Below are positions 8,639-17,406 of a stretch of DNA of 34,894 bases, in pieces. The DNA is taken from contig JACPAV010000035.1 of the NCBI GenBank assembly GCA_016180645.1, positions 1-34,894 of the forward strand. Reading direction: 5' to 3'. Each line of letters starts with the position of its first letter. Positions within the stretch are counted from its first letter, which is position 1. The notes under the pieces were generated by a model. That model saw only the letters and a list, made by a program, of their open reading frames with translations. It was not told where the DNA came from and ran no database searches. The position numbers and the translations under genes are program-made. Source of the DNA: Nitrospirota bacterium (GTDB lineage Bacteria > JACPQY01).

Positions 8639-11600
8639 ATGGTCAGCCGACCACGAGCCGGGGGAGTTCTTGCCAGCCGTGCGCTCATCGCCGCATTTTG
8701 GGTTCCGGCCCTTCTCATCGTCTTCACGAATCCCTCATGGTCGCAGACCGAAGAATACCAACGGCGTGTTCCCGGCCCCATACAACGCCCGGCTGAAGAT
8801 ACGAAAGCGCTCATCCAGCTCATGAATCCCTACGATCCGTTGAAGCGGATCCAGGCTGCCGAGAGACTCGGCCGGACCGGGAACCCCATCTACGCCGAAC
8901 CGCTGGGATGGGCGATGGTCGATCGAAATCTGGCGGTGCGAAAGTCGGCCGCCCGCGCGCTCGGCCATTTGCCGGAAGGAGACGCCCTCCCGGTGCTGGT
9001 CCGCGCCCTCTCGAAGGAGAAGGATGACGGCGTGCTGGAATCGGTGTTGGACGCAATGGCCGGGTTCCAGGGTTCCATGGTCGATTGGCAGCTCAAGCAT
9101 TTCATCTCAAGCGCACTGGCCTCGGAACGGGTGCGCCTCAAGGCATTGGACATTTTCGGCACGCGCGCGCCACCCGATGGTCGGGTTTTTCTTGACCTGA
9201 ATCGCGGCTCGTTCCCGCCTGCGATGAGGACCAAGGCGGAGGAAATCATGGCCGAGAGCTACGGGGTCAAACCTCAGGTGCAGGTCTTTCCTCCGGTCTT
9301 CGTCGGTCCCCAAAAGCCCGAACCGGCCCCCGTGCCGGCGCCGACGCCGGTCCCCGCGGTCGAGGAGCCTCCCCCCGATCCCCGCGCGCGCGGTCGATGG
9401 CTTCTGGTAACCAGTTCCGGACTCTATGGTGCATCGTTCCTGGATCTCATGCGACGGGCGTCCGATTCCCAGGTTTCACCGAGCTGGACGATGCCCATCG
9501 GCCTGACCGTGGGCGGCGGCACGGCCTACCTCATGACCCATTTCTCGCACGGTGTGAGCCCCGGCCCCGCCCTTTGGTGGACCTCCTCGGGCATCTGGGG
9601 CGTGGCGGCGTCTCACTGGACCGCCAACGGGATGGGTGAGGGTCACGGTTCCACGAGGCGGCTTTACAACCTGGCGGGCGAGGGGATCGGCCTGGGCGCC
9701 GGGGGGATCTCGGCCTTCGCTCTGGATTGGACGATCAGTGACACCACGTACGTCAACACAGGAGGTGTGGGTGGTGCCCTTTGGGGTTGGGGGCTCGAGC
9801 TGATGAGCGGGCCGGAACGCGATCCGGCCAAGGCGGGCTGGCTCACCCTGGCGGGGGCCACGGGCGGATTGACCCTCGCGGCGCTCTCGACAGAACGGGT
9901 GACCCTCCGGAATTCCAACCTTTCGATGCTGTTCCTGGCCTCCGGCTACGGCGCGTGGGCGGGCGCATGGGCGCCGGGGCTGGGACGACGGTCCATTCCC
10001 GGCCACAAGGCGTGGGGGGGGAGCTTGACGGGACTGACCACTGGATACGCCGCCGGCGTGTTTCTCTCGCAGCGAGTGACCGAGCCGCCCGAATTCGCGT
10101 GGCGCGTGGTGGGCGCGGGCGCGATGGGGAATCTTCTTGGCGCGGGCCTCGGTTTCATGTTCTTCGACACGTTCGACCAACCTTCGATCGCACTAATGGA
10201 GGGGTTGGGTATCGGCGGTCTCGCGACGGGCGTGTACTACGATCACCTTTTCCCAGCCTCGCGGGAGCAGCCGGGCTTCAAGTCATTCGTCTTTCTTTCA
10301 GGGGCCTACTACGGTGCTCTGGTTCCGCGCGCGCTCAACCGGACTCCGCATGGGCGGCGGAGGACGGGACGGATCATGGCAGGATTTCCGATGCTGACCG
10401 CGGCCACGTTGGCATTTGGCAATGGCCTTGAAATCCCTCCGCGCGGAACCGCGGGGCTCTACTGGGGCGAGATTCTAGGGAGTGTGTCGGGCGCGGGCTG
10501 GGCCCTGACCTCCCGCTCCGACCAAGCTCTGCTTTCGGCCCTCGCGATGGGCGGGGGCGTTCTCGGCGCGGCTGGGGGATACGGTATGAGCCAGAGTCTG
10601 TCGTGGGCCCCGATGACGGAGCGTGAACATTCATTCGTCATGCTCCTGACGGCCTCGGGCGCATGGTACGGGGCGTGGGCGCCGGTGATGCTGCCGGGCC
10701 GTGTGGATCTGGACCGTGTGGGTGGCGGCGCGCTCGCGCTCTCCCCTCTGGCTCTCGGTACATCGCTTGTGCTGGCCGATCAGATCGAGCTGCGGCCTCG
10801 CATCAATCACGGGCTTTTCTTCGGGGAGGCCGTCGGATTTCTGGCGGGAGCCGGGGCCGGGTGGTCGCTGCTGGCCGATAGGCGGACGACCACGGCCATG
10901 ATGCTCGCCGGAGGCGCAGGCGGGATGTTCGGCGGCTACGTGTTCGTGCGGAACATGGCGGCGGCGTCTCCGGTCCGCGCGTGGCGGGAAAGCATCCTCG
11001 TGGCTCACGGCACGCTGGCGGGCGCGTGGTACGGCGGGTGGACGGCGAGGTCGTTCCGATTGTCCGGCCGCCGCATTTCGGCCCGACGGGTTTCGGGCGG
11101 CGCACTCCTGGGGGGAACCGTCGGCCTCACGGGTACGATGTGGATCACCAATCACTACGACGTGCAGAATCGAGTCCTGCCGGGGCTGTTCTATGGTCAG
11201 GTGATGGGCGGTACGTTCGGGCAAGGCGTCGGGTTCCTCATGACGCGATCGACGGGGCGCAATCCATCGGACGAAACGCTGGGGAAGATCGACCGCGAAG
11301 TGGATCGTTCCTACTACATCATGGCGGCTTCGAGCGCCGCGGGGATGACCGGAGGGTATTTCTTCGCGACCCGGATGGCCGATCCCTCCTCTTGGAGAGG
11401 GAAGGAGACGTCGTGGTTCTTTCTCCACTCGTCGTTTGCGGCATGGTACGGGGCATGGCTTCCCACCATGGGCCGTTCGCGCGTGGCGGACGTGGAGCAG
11501 CGCCACGTCTTCGGGGGTGTGATGACGGCCGTGCCGACCGCGATGGCCGCCTCGATCTGGAGTGCAAACCATATGGATCTGTCGCCGAGGACCGTGCCGT

Positions 11601-13927
11601 CGCTCCTGCTGGGAGGAATCTTGGGCACTTCAACCGGCATCGGAGTCGCGGAAACCACGCTGGGTTCGGGCCGGTTCAGACGAGCGTCCATGCTGACGGG
11701 TGGCGCGGCAGGTGAACTCTTCGGCTACGCCTACGGCCGCGCGTTGAGAGCGGGATCGCCGAACACGACGCCAATGGCGGCGGCCGTCACGAGTCTGGGC
11801 ACGTTCTCCGGCCTTTGGTACGGCGCGTGGCTGCCGACGCTCGTTGCGCGGGATCTTTCGGATGTGTCCGATCGGCGCATCGCGGGCGGGGTGATGGTGG
11901 GCGGGCCGGCAGCCTTCGCGGTTTCGTTGTGGACAGCCAATCAAGTCGGCATCAGCCCGCGGTCGGCCACGGGATTTTTTCTCGGCGAGGGGTTGGGCAC
12001 GTCGTTTGGCGCGGGCCTCGGGTTGCTGATCCATTCGGACGATCGCTGGAGAAGCACATTCATGCTCTCTTCGGGGGCACTGGGCGCATGGAGCGGCTTG
12101 GAAATGGCGCGCCGGATGATCGGGCCGTCCGCTTTCCGGGATGACGAGGGGGCGGTGGCCGTGGCGCTCTCGACGGCGTCGTTCACGTGGTATGGAACGT
12201 GGCTGCCGACGCTTGCCGTGCGCGATTTGAAGAAGGGTTCGCCTTCGGGGGTCATCGGCGGGGCCATGATGGCGGCGCCGGTCGGATTCGCGGCGTCCAC
12301 ATGGATCGTGAATCACCACGTCGTTCGGGAGCGGGACCTGAAAGGAATCTTCGGCGGCGAGGTGATGGGATTCTCCGTCGGCGCCGGGATCGGGATGGCC
12401 GGTTTGAGCTCGCGTAGATGGACCACCTCGCTCATGCTCGGGACCGGTGCGGTGGGCGCCCTCGCGGGCTACCGGGTCGCTCAACGTCTGCCCGGTCAGG
12501 CGCTGGAGGACTATCCGCCGCTTCTGGCATTCACCGCTCTCACCGGGCTGTGGTACGGAGGGTGGTCGCCCACGTTCACGGCGCGGAGGTGGTCCGACAT
12601 CGAGTCCAGGCGCGTGACCGGCGGCCTCATGATCGGCGGTCCGTTGGGCCTGGCGACGGGTCTCATTCTCCGCCATCGCCAAGTGGAGCCGTTGGCCTAC
12701 ACGGGATTCTTCATGGGGGAAAGTCTCGGTTCCATGGGGGGGGCGGGGGCCGCGATGACGCTGGATTCGTCCCACAGGAAGACCACGGCCGCGATGCTCG
12801 CCTCGGGCGTCGCCCTGGGGGCCGCGGGGTCGAGGGTGCTGCCGCGGATGAAACTCTCCGATCCGCAGCAGAAGGCGTTGGGGATGGGCGCGTTCTTCGG
12901 CGTGAGCTACGGAGCGCTCCTGCCGTATGTGGTGGAAGGCCGCAGGCGCGAAGTTGAAGGCAAACAGATTGCCGGCGGCGTGATGTTCGGTCTGCCGGCG
13001 GGTCTGGTGACCACGACGGCCGCTTTCGCTTTCTGGGACCCCGCAGGGGGTTCGGTGGGCCTCACCTGGTTGTCCGGCATCATCGGCTCGGCTGCCGGGC
13101 TGGGCCTCGGTCTGACGATCGAAGATTGGAACTCGCGGGCCGTCATCGGTTCGATGTATTCCACCGGCCTCAGCGGACTGGCGTTGGGCGCGCGCGCGCC
13201 GCAAATCAAGTACACCTCGGGAGCGCTTCTCTTCTCCACCTTCGGCACCGTCTACGGGTTCAGCCAGGGGTTGGCGCTGAGTATTTTCGGCGATTTTTCC
13301 GAGCGGCAGGCGATCGGGGCGATGATGTTGGGTTCGTCTCTCGGCCTCGGCACGTCGTTGATCATCACCTACGATCTTCAAGTGGGGACGGGCGGGGCGG
13401 CCGTGGCGTACACGGGCGGGATCTGGGGCGGATTCGTTGGGGCGATGCTCGCGCAGGTGGCGGCGGGCGGCAAAGAGGAGACGACGACGGCCGCCGTCAT
13501 CGTGAGCAATGCAGGGCAACTGGCGACCACGTTTTCCCTCTTGTATCTCCGTATTCCGCCGAGACGCATGGGTTGGATCAACTTGTTTGGTCTGACCGGC
13601 TTGGGGATCGGGAGCGCCATCGGACTTCCGCTCAGCGAGGGAGGCGATGTGTTCTTCATCACCGCGCCGGCGGGGAGTTTGATCGGGCTGACGACGGGGG
13701 CGATCGTCACATCCTACTGGGACTGGGAAGAGGAGCGGAAAGATTCGGGGCAGACGCCTTCAATCGGTGGCGCGTCGCCGCTCCGCGAGACATCGCCCGG
13801 ACACGGTTGGCGTTCGCTCGTTCCGCGCGTGGATGCCGTGGCGCCGCAATTCGGACTCCTTCCCGATCCGAGCGGCCGGGACCCCGAAGGGCGATATACG
13901 GTTGGCGTCATGATCTGGTATCACTAG
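8639..13927 (+). CDS. Giant exported protein: HEAT repeats, Pro-rich linker, ~120-aa Gly-rich hydrophobic tandem repeats, C-terminal beta-strand-like tail
   Basis: 1762-aa ORF; signal-like N-terminus; HEAT motifs RIQAAERLG and VRKSAARALG; nine WYGxWxP-type motifs spaced about 350-420 nt apart. Confidence 0.85.
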   Translation: MVSRPRAGGVLASRALIAAFWVPALLIVFTNPSWSQTEEYQRRVPGPIQRPAEDTKALIQLMNPYDPLKRIQAAERLGRTGNPIYAEPLGWAMVDRNLAVRKSAARALGHLPEGDALPVLVRALSKEKDDGVLESVLDAMAGFQGSMVDWQLKHFISSALASERVRLKALDIFGTRAPPDGRVFLDLNRGSFPPAMRTKAEEIMAESYGVKPQVQVFPPVFVGPQKPEPAPVPAPTPVPAVEEPPPDPRARGRWLLVTSSGLYGASFLDLMRRASDSQVSPSWTMPIGLTVGGGTAYLMTHFSHGVSPGPALWWTSSGIWGVAASHWTANGMGEGHGSTRRLYNLAGEGIGLGAGGISAFALDWTISDTTYVNTGGVGGALWGWGLELMSGPERDPAKAGWLTLAGATGGLTLAALSTERVTLRNSNLSMLFLASGYGAWAGAWAPGLGRRSIPGHKAWGGSLTGLTTGYAAGVFLSQRVTEPPEFAWRVVGAGAMGNLLGAGLGFMFFDTFDQPSIALMEGLGIGGLATGVYYDHLFPASREQPGFKSFVFLSGAYYGALVPRALNRTPHGRRRTGRIMAGFPMLTAATLAFGNGLEIPPRGTAGLYWGEILGSVSGAGWALTSRSDQALLSALAMGGGVLGAAGGYGMSQSLSWAPMTEREHSFVMLLTASGAWYGAWAPVMLPGRVDLDRVGGGALALSPLALGTSLVLADQIELRPRINHGLFFGEAVGFLAGAGAGWSLLADRRTTTAMMLAGGAGGMFGGYVFVRNMAAASPVRAWRESILVAHGTLAGAWYGGWTARSFRLSGRRISARRVSGGALLGGTVGLTGTMWITNHYDVQNRVLPGLFYGQVMGGTFGQGVGFLMTRSTGRNPSDETLGKIDREVDRSYYIMAASSAAGMTGGYFFATRMADPSSWRGKETSWFFLHSSFAAWYGAWLPTMGRSRVADVEQRHVFGGVMTAVPTAMAASIWSANHMDLSPRTVPSLLLGGILGTSTGIGVAETTLGSGRFRRASMLTGGAAGELFGYAYGRALRAGSPNTTPMAAAVTSLGTFSGLWYGAWLPTLVARDLSDVSDRRIAGGVMVGGPAAFAVSLWTANQVGISPRSATGFFLGEGLGTSFGAGLGLLIHSDDRWRSTFMLSSGALGAWSGLEMARRMIGPSAFRDDEGAVAVALSTASFTWYGTWLPTLAVRDLKKGSPSGVIGGAMMAAPVGFAASTWIVNHHVVRERDLKGIFGGEVMGFSVGAGIGMAGLSSRRWTTSLMLGTGAVGALAGYRVAQRLPGQALEDYPPLLAFTALTGLWYGGWSPTFTARRWSDIESRRVTGGLMIGGPLGLATGLILRHRQVEPLAYTGFFMGESLGSMGGAGAAMTLDSSHRKTTAAMLASGVALGAAGSRVLPRMKLSDPQQKALGMGAFFGVSYGALLPYVVEGRRREVEGKQIAGGVMFGLPAGLVTTTAAFAFWDPAGGSVGLTWLSGIIGSAAGLGLGLTIEDWNSRAVIGSMYSTGLSGLALGARAPQIKYTSGALLFSTFGTVYGFSQGLALSIFGDFSERQAIGAMMLGSSLGLGTSLIITYDLQVGTGGAAVAYTGGIWGGFVGAMLAQVAAGGKEETTTAAVIVSNAGQLATTFSLLYLRIPPRRMGWINLFGLTGLGIGSAIGLPLSEGGDVFFITAPAGSLIGLTTGAIVTSYWDWEEERKDSGQTPSIGGASPLRETSPGHGWRSLVPRVDAVAPQFGLLPDPSGRDPEGRYTVGVMIWYH

Positions 13928-13934
13928 ATCGCAT

Positions 13935-14507
13935 ATGGAATTCCGTATCCAACTTCCTGCGATGCTGGCCGGACTCCTGACGCTGATCGCCTCCGCCCTC
14001 CCGGCCCAAGCCGAAGGACCCCGAATCACCATCGAGTTCCGGGACAATCGCGGGGATTTTGCTTACGACGTGTACAAGGACGGAGAGTGGCAGGAGATGG
14101 ACTACTACGGGCGGCAGCTTGAGAGGCTCGTCAAAGAGGACGAACAAGCGAGGAGGTTCGCGAGGGACCTGGCGGACGATCGGGAGGAGGGGAGGCAGGG
14201 CAGGATCTTTGGGCATGTACTCCTGTGGGGCTCGGTGCTGGGGACGATTGTGGCGGCGAGCTCCGAATCGACGGGCGGCACATTGCTGGGCGTGGCTGGG
14301 ATGGTCGGCGGGATCGTAGTTGCATCCAACGGAAAATCGAAAGGCCGGAAGGCCTACCGGTACCTTTTCCGGGCCGTGAACACGTACAATGAATCCATGG
14401 CCGTTCGGGGTGCTGTGCCTTCGGGTCCGGCCGTTGGCCAGCCCGGTACTCCGGATTGCTCTTGCGGCGAAGGAACTTTTCCACCCGGCGGCGCAGGGAA
14501 TCCATAG
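13935..14507 (+). CDS. Hypothetical exported protein with a Gly-rich hydrophobic hairpin
   Basis: 190 aa, starts 7 nt after the giant gene; signal peptide ending LPAQA; LLWGSVLGTIVA...GTLLGVAGMVGGIVVA. Confidence 0.7.
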   Translation: MEFRIQLPAMLAGLLTLIASALPAQAEGPRITIEFRDNRGDFAYDVYKDGEWQEMDYYGRQLERLVKEDEQARRFARDLADDREEGRQGRIFGHVLLWGSVLGTIVAASSESTGGTLLGVAGMVGGIVVASNGKSKGRKAYRYLFRAVNTYNESMAVRGAVPSGPAVGQPGTPDCSCGEGTFPPGGAGNP

Positions 14508-14550
14508 CGATTCAATTCGCCGTCCCCGAAGCGAAGCGGAGAGGGGCGGG
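14494..14550 (+). mobile_element. 57-bp palindromic element, copy A (overlaps the 3' end of the 190-aa gene)
   Basis: CAGGGAATCCATAGCGATTCAATTCGCCGTCCCCGAAGCGAAGCGGAGAGGGGCGGG, preceded by CGGCG; collinear with four other copies. Confidence 0.7.
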
Positions 14551-14611
14551 CCGTGAAGGGAGGTATTACGCTCTATTTGAAAACCCCATCGTTGCCGGGA
14601 GGGATGTCTTG

Positions 14612-14666
14612 GTAGTCGCACCCTTTACGGGTGCATCCTCAGACGCAGGCTGAAGCCTGCGTCTAC
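14612..14666. repeat. GTAG-type REP doublet (family 2)
   Basis: GTAGTCGCACCCTTTACGGGTGC...GACGCAGGCTGAAGCCTGCGTCTAC; two hairpins with inverted GTAG ends, lying between convergent genes. Confidence 0.8.
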
Positions 14667-14692
14667 CGGGTCCGACGCGTTTTCAACAGAGC

Positions 14693-15457
14693 CTAAGCCG
14701 GAATCCGCCAGACGGTGGCCTGGAGGACGACGGTCATCACGAGGGAAACGACGTACGCCATGTACAGGTTGGCCACCACATTTTGCGTCACGGCCCGTCG
14801 CACGCCATCAGGACCCGGCGACGCGGAGAGGGCCTTGAAGCACGAGACGATGATTTCGAGAAAACACATCAGCGTTCCAAACAGGATGGAGAAGATAATA
14901 TCCTGGCTGGAAATCACGTTCAGAATCCACTGATTGACGACCCACGTTCCGAGGCCCGCGGCGAGGGTGGCGAGAACGGCCGCGAGGTAGCCCGCCGCCA
15001 TCGTGACGGCGGTGAAGAGTGGACCGAGGAGAACGGCGGCCAACACGCGGGGCGCGGCGAGTTCGTGCAGCGGGTCCACCCCCATCACCGTGAGGGCGTC
15101 CACTTCCTCGTTGATTTTCTGCGTGGCGATCTCCGCGGTATTGAGCGTGGTCCATGTTGCGTTGAAGAGCAGGCCCACCATGAACGGTCCCTGAAATCTG
15201 AAAACGAGGATCGCGATCAGCAGGCCGAAATACGGCTGGGCGCCGAGTCGCGCGAAGAAGGTGTAGCCACCCAGGACGAGCACGAACGTGACGATGAACG
15301 TGAGGAGAATGAGGATGGGGAGGACCCGGACGAGCATCCGGGTAATGGCGCGGGCGGTCGGGCGGATCAGATCCGCCGGATGGTGCACGGCGGCGGCGCA
15401 GGCATCGGCGGCAAAGAAGACCCCCGCGCCGATATTCTCGATTGAGGCCCTAACCAT
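14693..15457 (-). CDS. mlaE: MlaE/YrbE-family ABC permease (second paralog)
   Basis: AEIATQKINEEVDALTVMGVDP...PRVLA and GPDGVRRAVTQNVV; overlaps the first paralog by 8 nt. Confidence 0.88.
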   Translation of the reverse strand: MVRASIENIGAGVFFAADACAAAVHHPADLIRPTARAITRMLVRVLPILILLTFIVTFVLVLGGYTFFARLGAQPYFGLLIAILVFRFQGPFMVGLLFNATWTTLNTAEIATQKINEEVDALTVMGVDPLHELAAPRVLAAVLLGPLFTAVTMAAGYLAAVLATLAAGLGTWVVNQWILNVISSQDIIFSILFGTLMCFLEIIVSCFKALSASPGPDGVRRAVTQNVVANLYMAYVVSLVMTVVLQATVWRIPA

Positions 15458-16256
15458 AAACGAAGAGATCGAACAGGAACAGAATGATCAGGCCGATGAG
15501 GTAACTGTAGTTGATGCTCTTGTTGGACGCCTCGCCGACGCCCTCCGCGCCGGGCTTGCTCGTGAAGCCGCAGTAGACCGTGGCCACCCCGAGAGCAAAG
15601 CCGATGATCATGGCCTTGATGCCCACGAGGTAGAAATCGCCGGGCTTGATCATGAGCGTCAGGCCGTCCATAAAATCTCCCGCCGTGGTCAGTCCCTTCA
15701 CGGTGACGGTGAGAAACAGTCCGAGTCCGATCACGATGGCCACGCCGATGTACGTGTAGAGGACGCTCATGACGAAGAAGGCGACGAAGCACGGCACGCC
15801 CAGATACTTCACGGGGTGGATGCCCATGACTTCGAGGGCATCGACCTCCTCGCTCGCGCGCATCGTGCCGATCTGGGCGGCAATGGCGCATCCGGCGCGT
15901 CCCGCAAGAATGCTGCCCGTGAGCACGATGGATCCGTCCCCCATCAGAATGGAGAGCGTCAATCCGCCCACGTATTTCGCGATGCCGAGGGCCTGCGCTC
16001 CGGCGATGCCGATGATGATCATCGAGACACCGAACCCGCTGGCCATGAGGATCAAGGGCCACAGCCCCATCACCCCGATGTAGTGCATCTGCCGGATGGT
16101 TTCTCGGACGTAGAACGGCGGCGTGAAAACGTGCTTGAGAAGCGTTCCGGAGTAAAGGGCGATCCGCCCGATCTCCTCTGGGAAGTGGACAAGGGATCGA
16201 GGGGTCGAGCGAAGGGCAGAGAAATCTGACGGCTCTGCGATACTCTTTCCGTTCAC
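15450..16256 (-). CDS. mlaE: MlaE/YrbE-family ABC permease (first paralog)
   Basis: AGRAGCAIAAQIGTMRASEEVDALEVMGIHPVKYL and GAEGVGEASNKS. Confidence 0.9.
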   Translation of the reverse strand: MNGKSIAEPSDFSALRSTPRSLVHFPEEIGRIALYSGTLLKHVFTPPFYVRETIRQMHYIGVMGLWPLILMASGFGVSMIIIGIAGAQALGIAKYVGGLTLSILMGDGSIVLTGSILAGRAGCAIAAQIGTMRASEEVDALEVMGIHPVKYLGVPCFVAFFVMSVLYTYIGVAIVIGLGLFLTVTVKGLTTAGDFMDGLTLMIKPGDFYLVGIKAMIIGFALGVATVYCGFTSKPGAEGVGEASNKSINYSYLIGLIILFLFDLFVYG

Positions 16257-16291
16257 CTGATTACTTGATCACATGGCCACATGACCCCATC

Positions 16292-17170
16292 CTACAGGAG
16301 CCACGACTTGCTCAACTTCGTCAGCACTTTCTCGAGTTGATCCAGAAGCGCTTTGACGCGCTTTTCCGTTTCCGGATCGTTCACCTTGGTGAGAATCTGG
16401 TTGAGCTTGGTCGTGATGTCCTTGCCGTTGCGGATGATGGTCTGAAGGTTCTCCTTCTCGGAGTCGGTGAGCCGTCGGATCTCCGCGGCGGTGTGCGAGA
16501 CGTCGTCGAGCGCGGGCTTGGCCTTGTCGGTCAGCTCCTGAAGGTTCCTGACCGTCGTACTGATCTCTCTTTCATGCGTTTGAAAAAACGTTTTCACATT
16601 GCGAATGAGGACGGCCGAGTCCTGAATGGCGGTGGCCACGTTCGCTTGGGATCCGCCCTTCTCCGCGCCGCCGGAAATGACCTCGTTGATCTTGGAGAGG
16701 CTTTTCGCAAAATCATTCATCGCCGGTGAGAACTTGGCGAACATCTGTCCGGCCTGGTTGAGGAGCTCGGAGACATCGGTGCTCGGGAGGACGTTGGATA
16801 TCTCACCGCCGTCCTCAATGAGCGGCGCCTCCGGGCTGCCGGGTGTCAGCTCCACGACCTTTTCGCCGAGGAGGCTCTTGGGACGGATCGTGGCGGTGGC
16901 ATCGGCGTGCAATTGGACATCCTGGTTGATCGACATGGCCATCCTCGCGCCGCCCTCGATGTAGCGGATGCTCTCGACGCGACCGATGGGCACGCCGGCG
17001 ATCTGCACGCTCCCGAGAGCTACGACGCCCTGCGCGTGGGGAAACGTGGCGCTGACGGTGTAGCGGCTGCCGAACTTGAACGTGCCGAACTTGATGCCGA
17101 TGAAGATGATCACCACGATGGAGGCCAGGACGAACAGACCCACCTTGAGTTCCGCGGAGAACTTTTTCAC
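16292..17170 (-). CDS. mlaD: MlaD/MCE-domain protein with a long helical C-terminal extension
   Basis: ELKVGLFV TM anchor; VQIAGVPIGRV; SLLGEKVVELTPG; coiled-coil-like tail. Confidence 0.92.
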   Translation of the reverse strand: MKKFSAELKVGLFVLASIVVIIFIGIKFGTFKFGSRYTVSATFPHAQGVVALGSVQIAGVPIGRVESIRYIEGGARMAMSINQDVQLHADATATIRPKSLLGEKVVELTPGSPEAPLIEDGGEISNVLPSTDVSELLNQAGQMFAKFSPAMNDFAKSLSKINEVISGGAEKGGSQANVATAIQDSAVLIRNVKTFFQTHEREISTTVRNLQELTDKAKPALDDVSHTAAEIRRLTDSEKENLQTIIRNGKDITTKLNQILTKVNDPETEKRVKALLDQLEKVLTKLSKSWLL

Positions 17171-17203
17171 AGGTAAACCCTCACCCCCACCCTAACCCTC
17201 CCC

Positions 17204-17260
17204 CGTCGCCCCCTCCGCGTTGCTCCGGGGACGGCGAGATGAAAGGCCATTCGGAGATAG
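17204..17260 (-). mobile_element. 57-bp palindromic element, copy B (intergenic, nested in another repeat)
   Basis: Minus strand CTATCTCCGAATGGCCTTTCATCTCGCCGTCCCCGGAGCAACGCGGAGGGGGCGACG, preceded by CGGCG. Confidence 0.75.
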
Positions 17261-17276
17261 CGCCGAGGGGGAGGGG

Positions 17277-17332
17277 GTAGGCGCAGGCTTTATGCCTGCG
17301 TCTGAAGACGCACCCATAAAGGGTGCGGCTAC
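17277..17332. repeat. GTAG-type REP doublet (family 2)
   Basis: GTAGGCGCAGGCTTTATGCCTGCG...CGCACCCATAAAGGGTGCGGCTAC; reverse-complement homologue of 14612-14666. Confidence 0.8.
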
Positions 17333-17406
17333 CATCCTTTCCCCCCTTGTCCGCCGCGGCGGACTTGCGGGGGTAGGGGAGTATGGGGGGTGCCGAACGG
17401 ATACAT

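Noticed and set aside
8602-8796. 64-aa ORF with a strong SD (AAGGAGG) overlapping the start of the giant gene
   Set aside because: It is out of frame with the giant ORF and has no recognisable protein features. It could be a regulatory uORF, but nothing else supports that.
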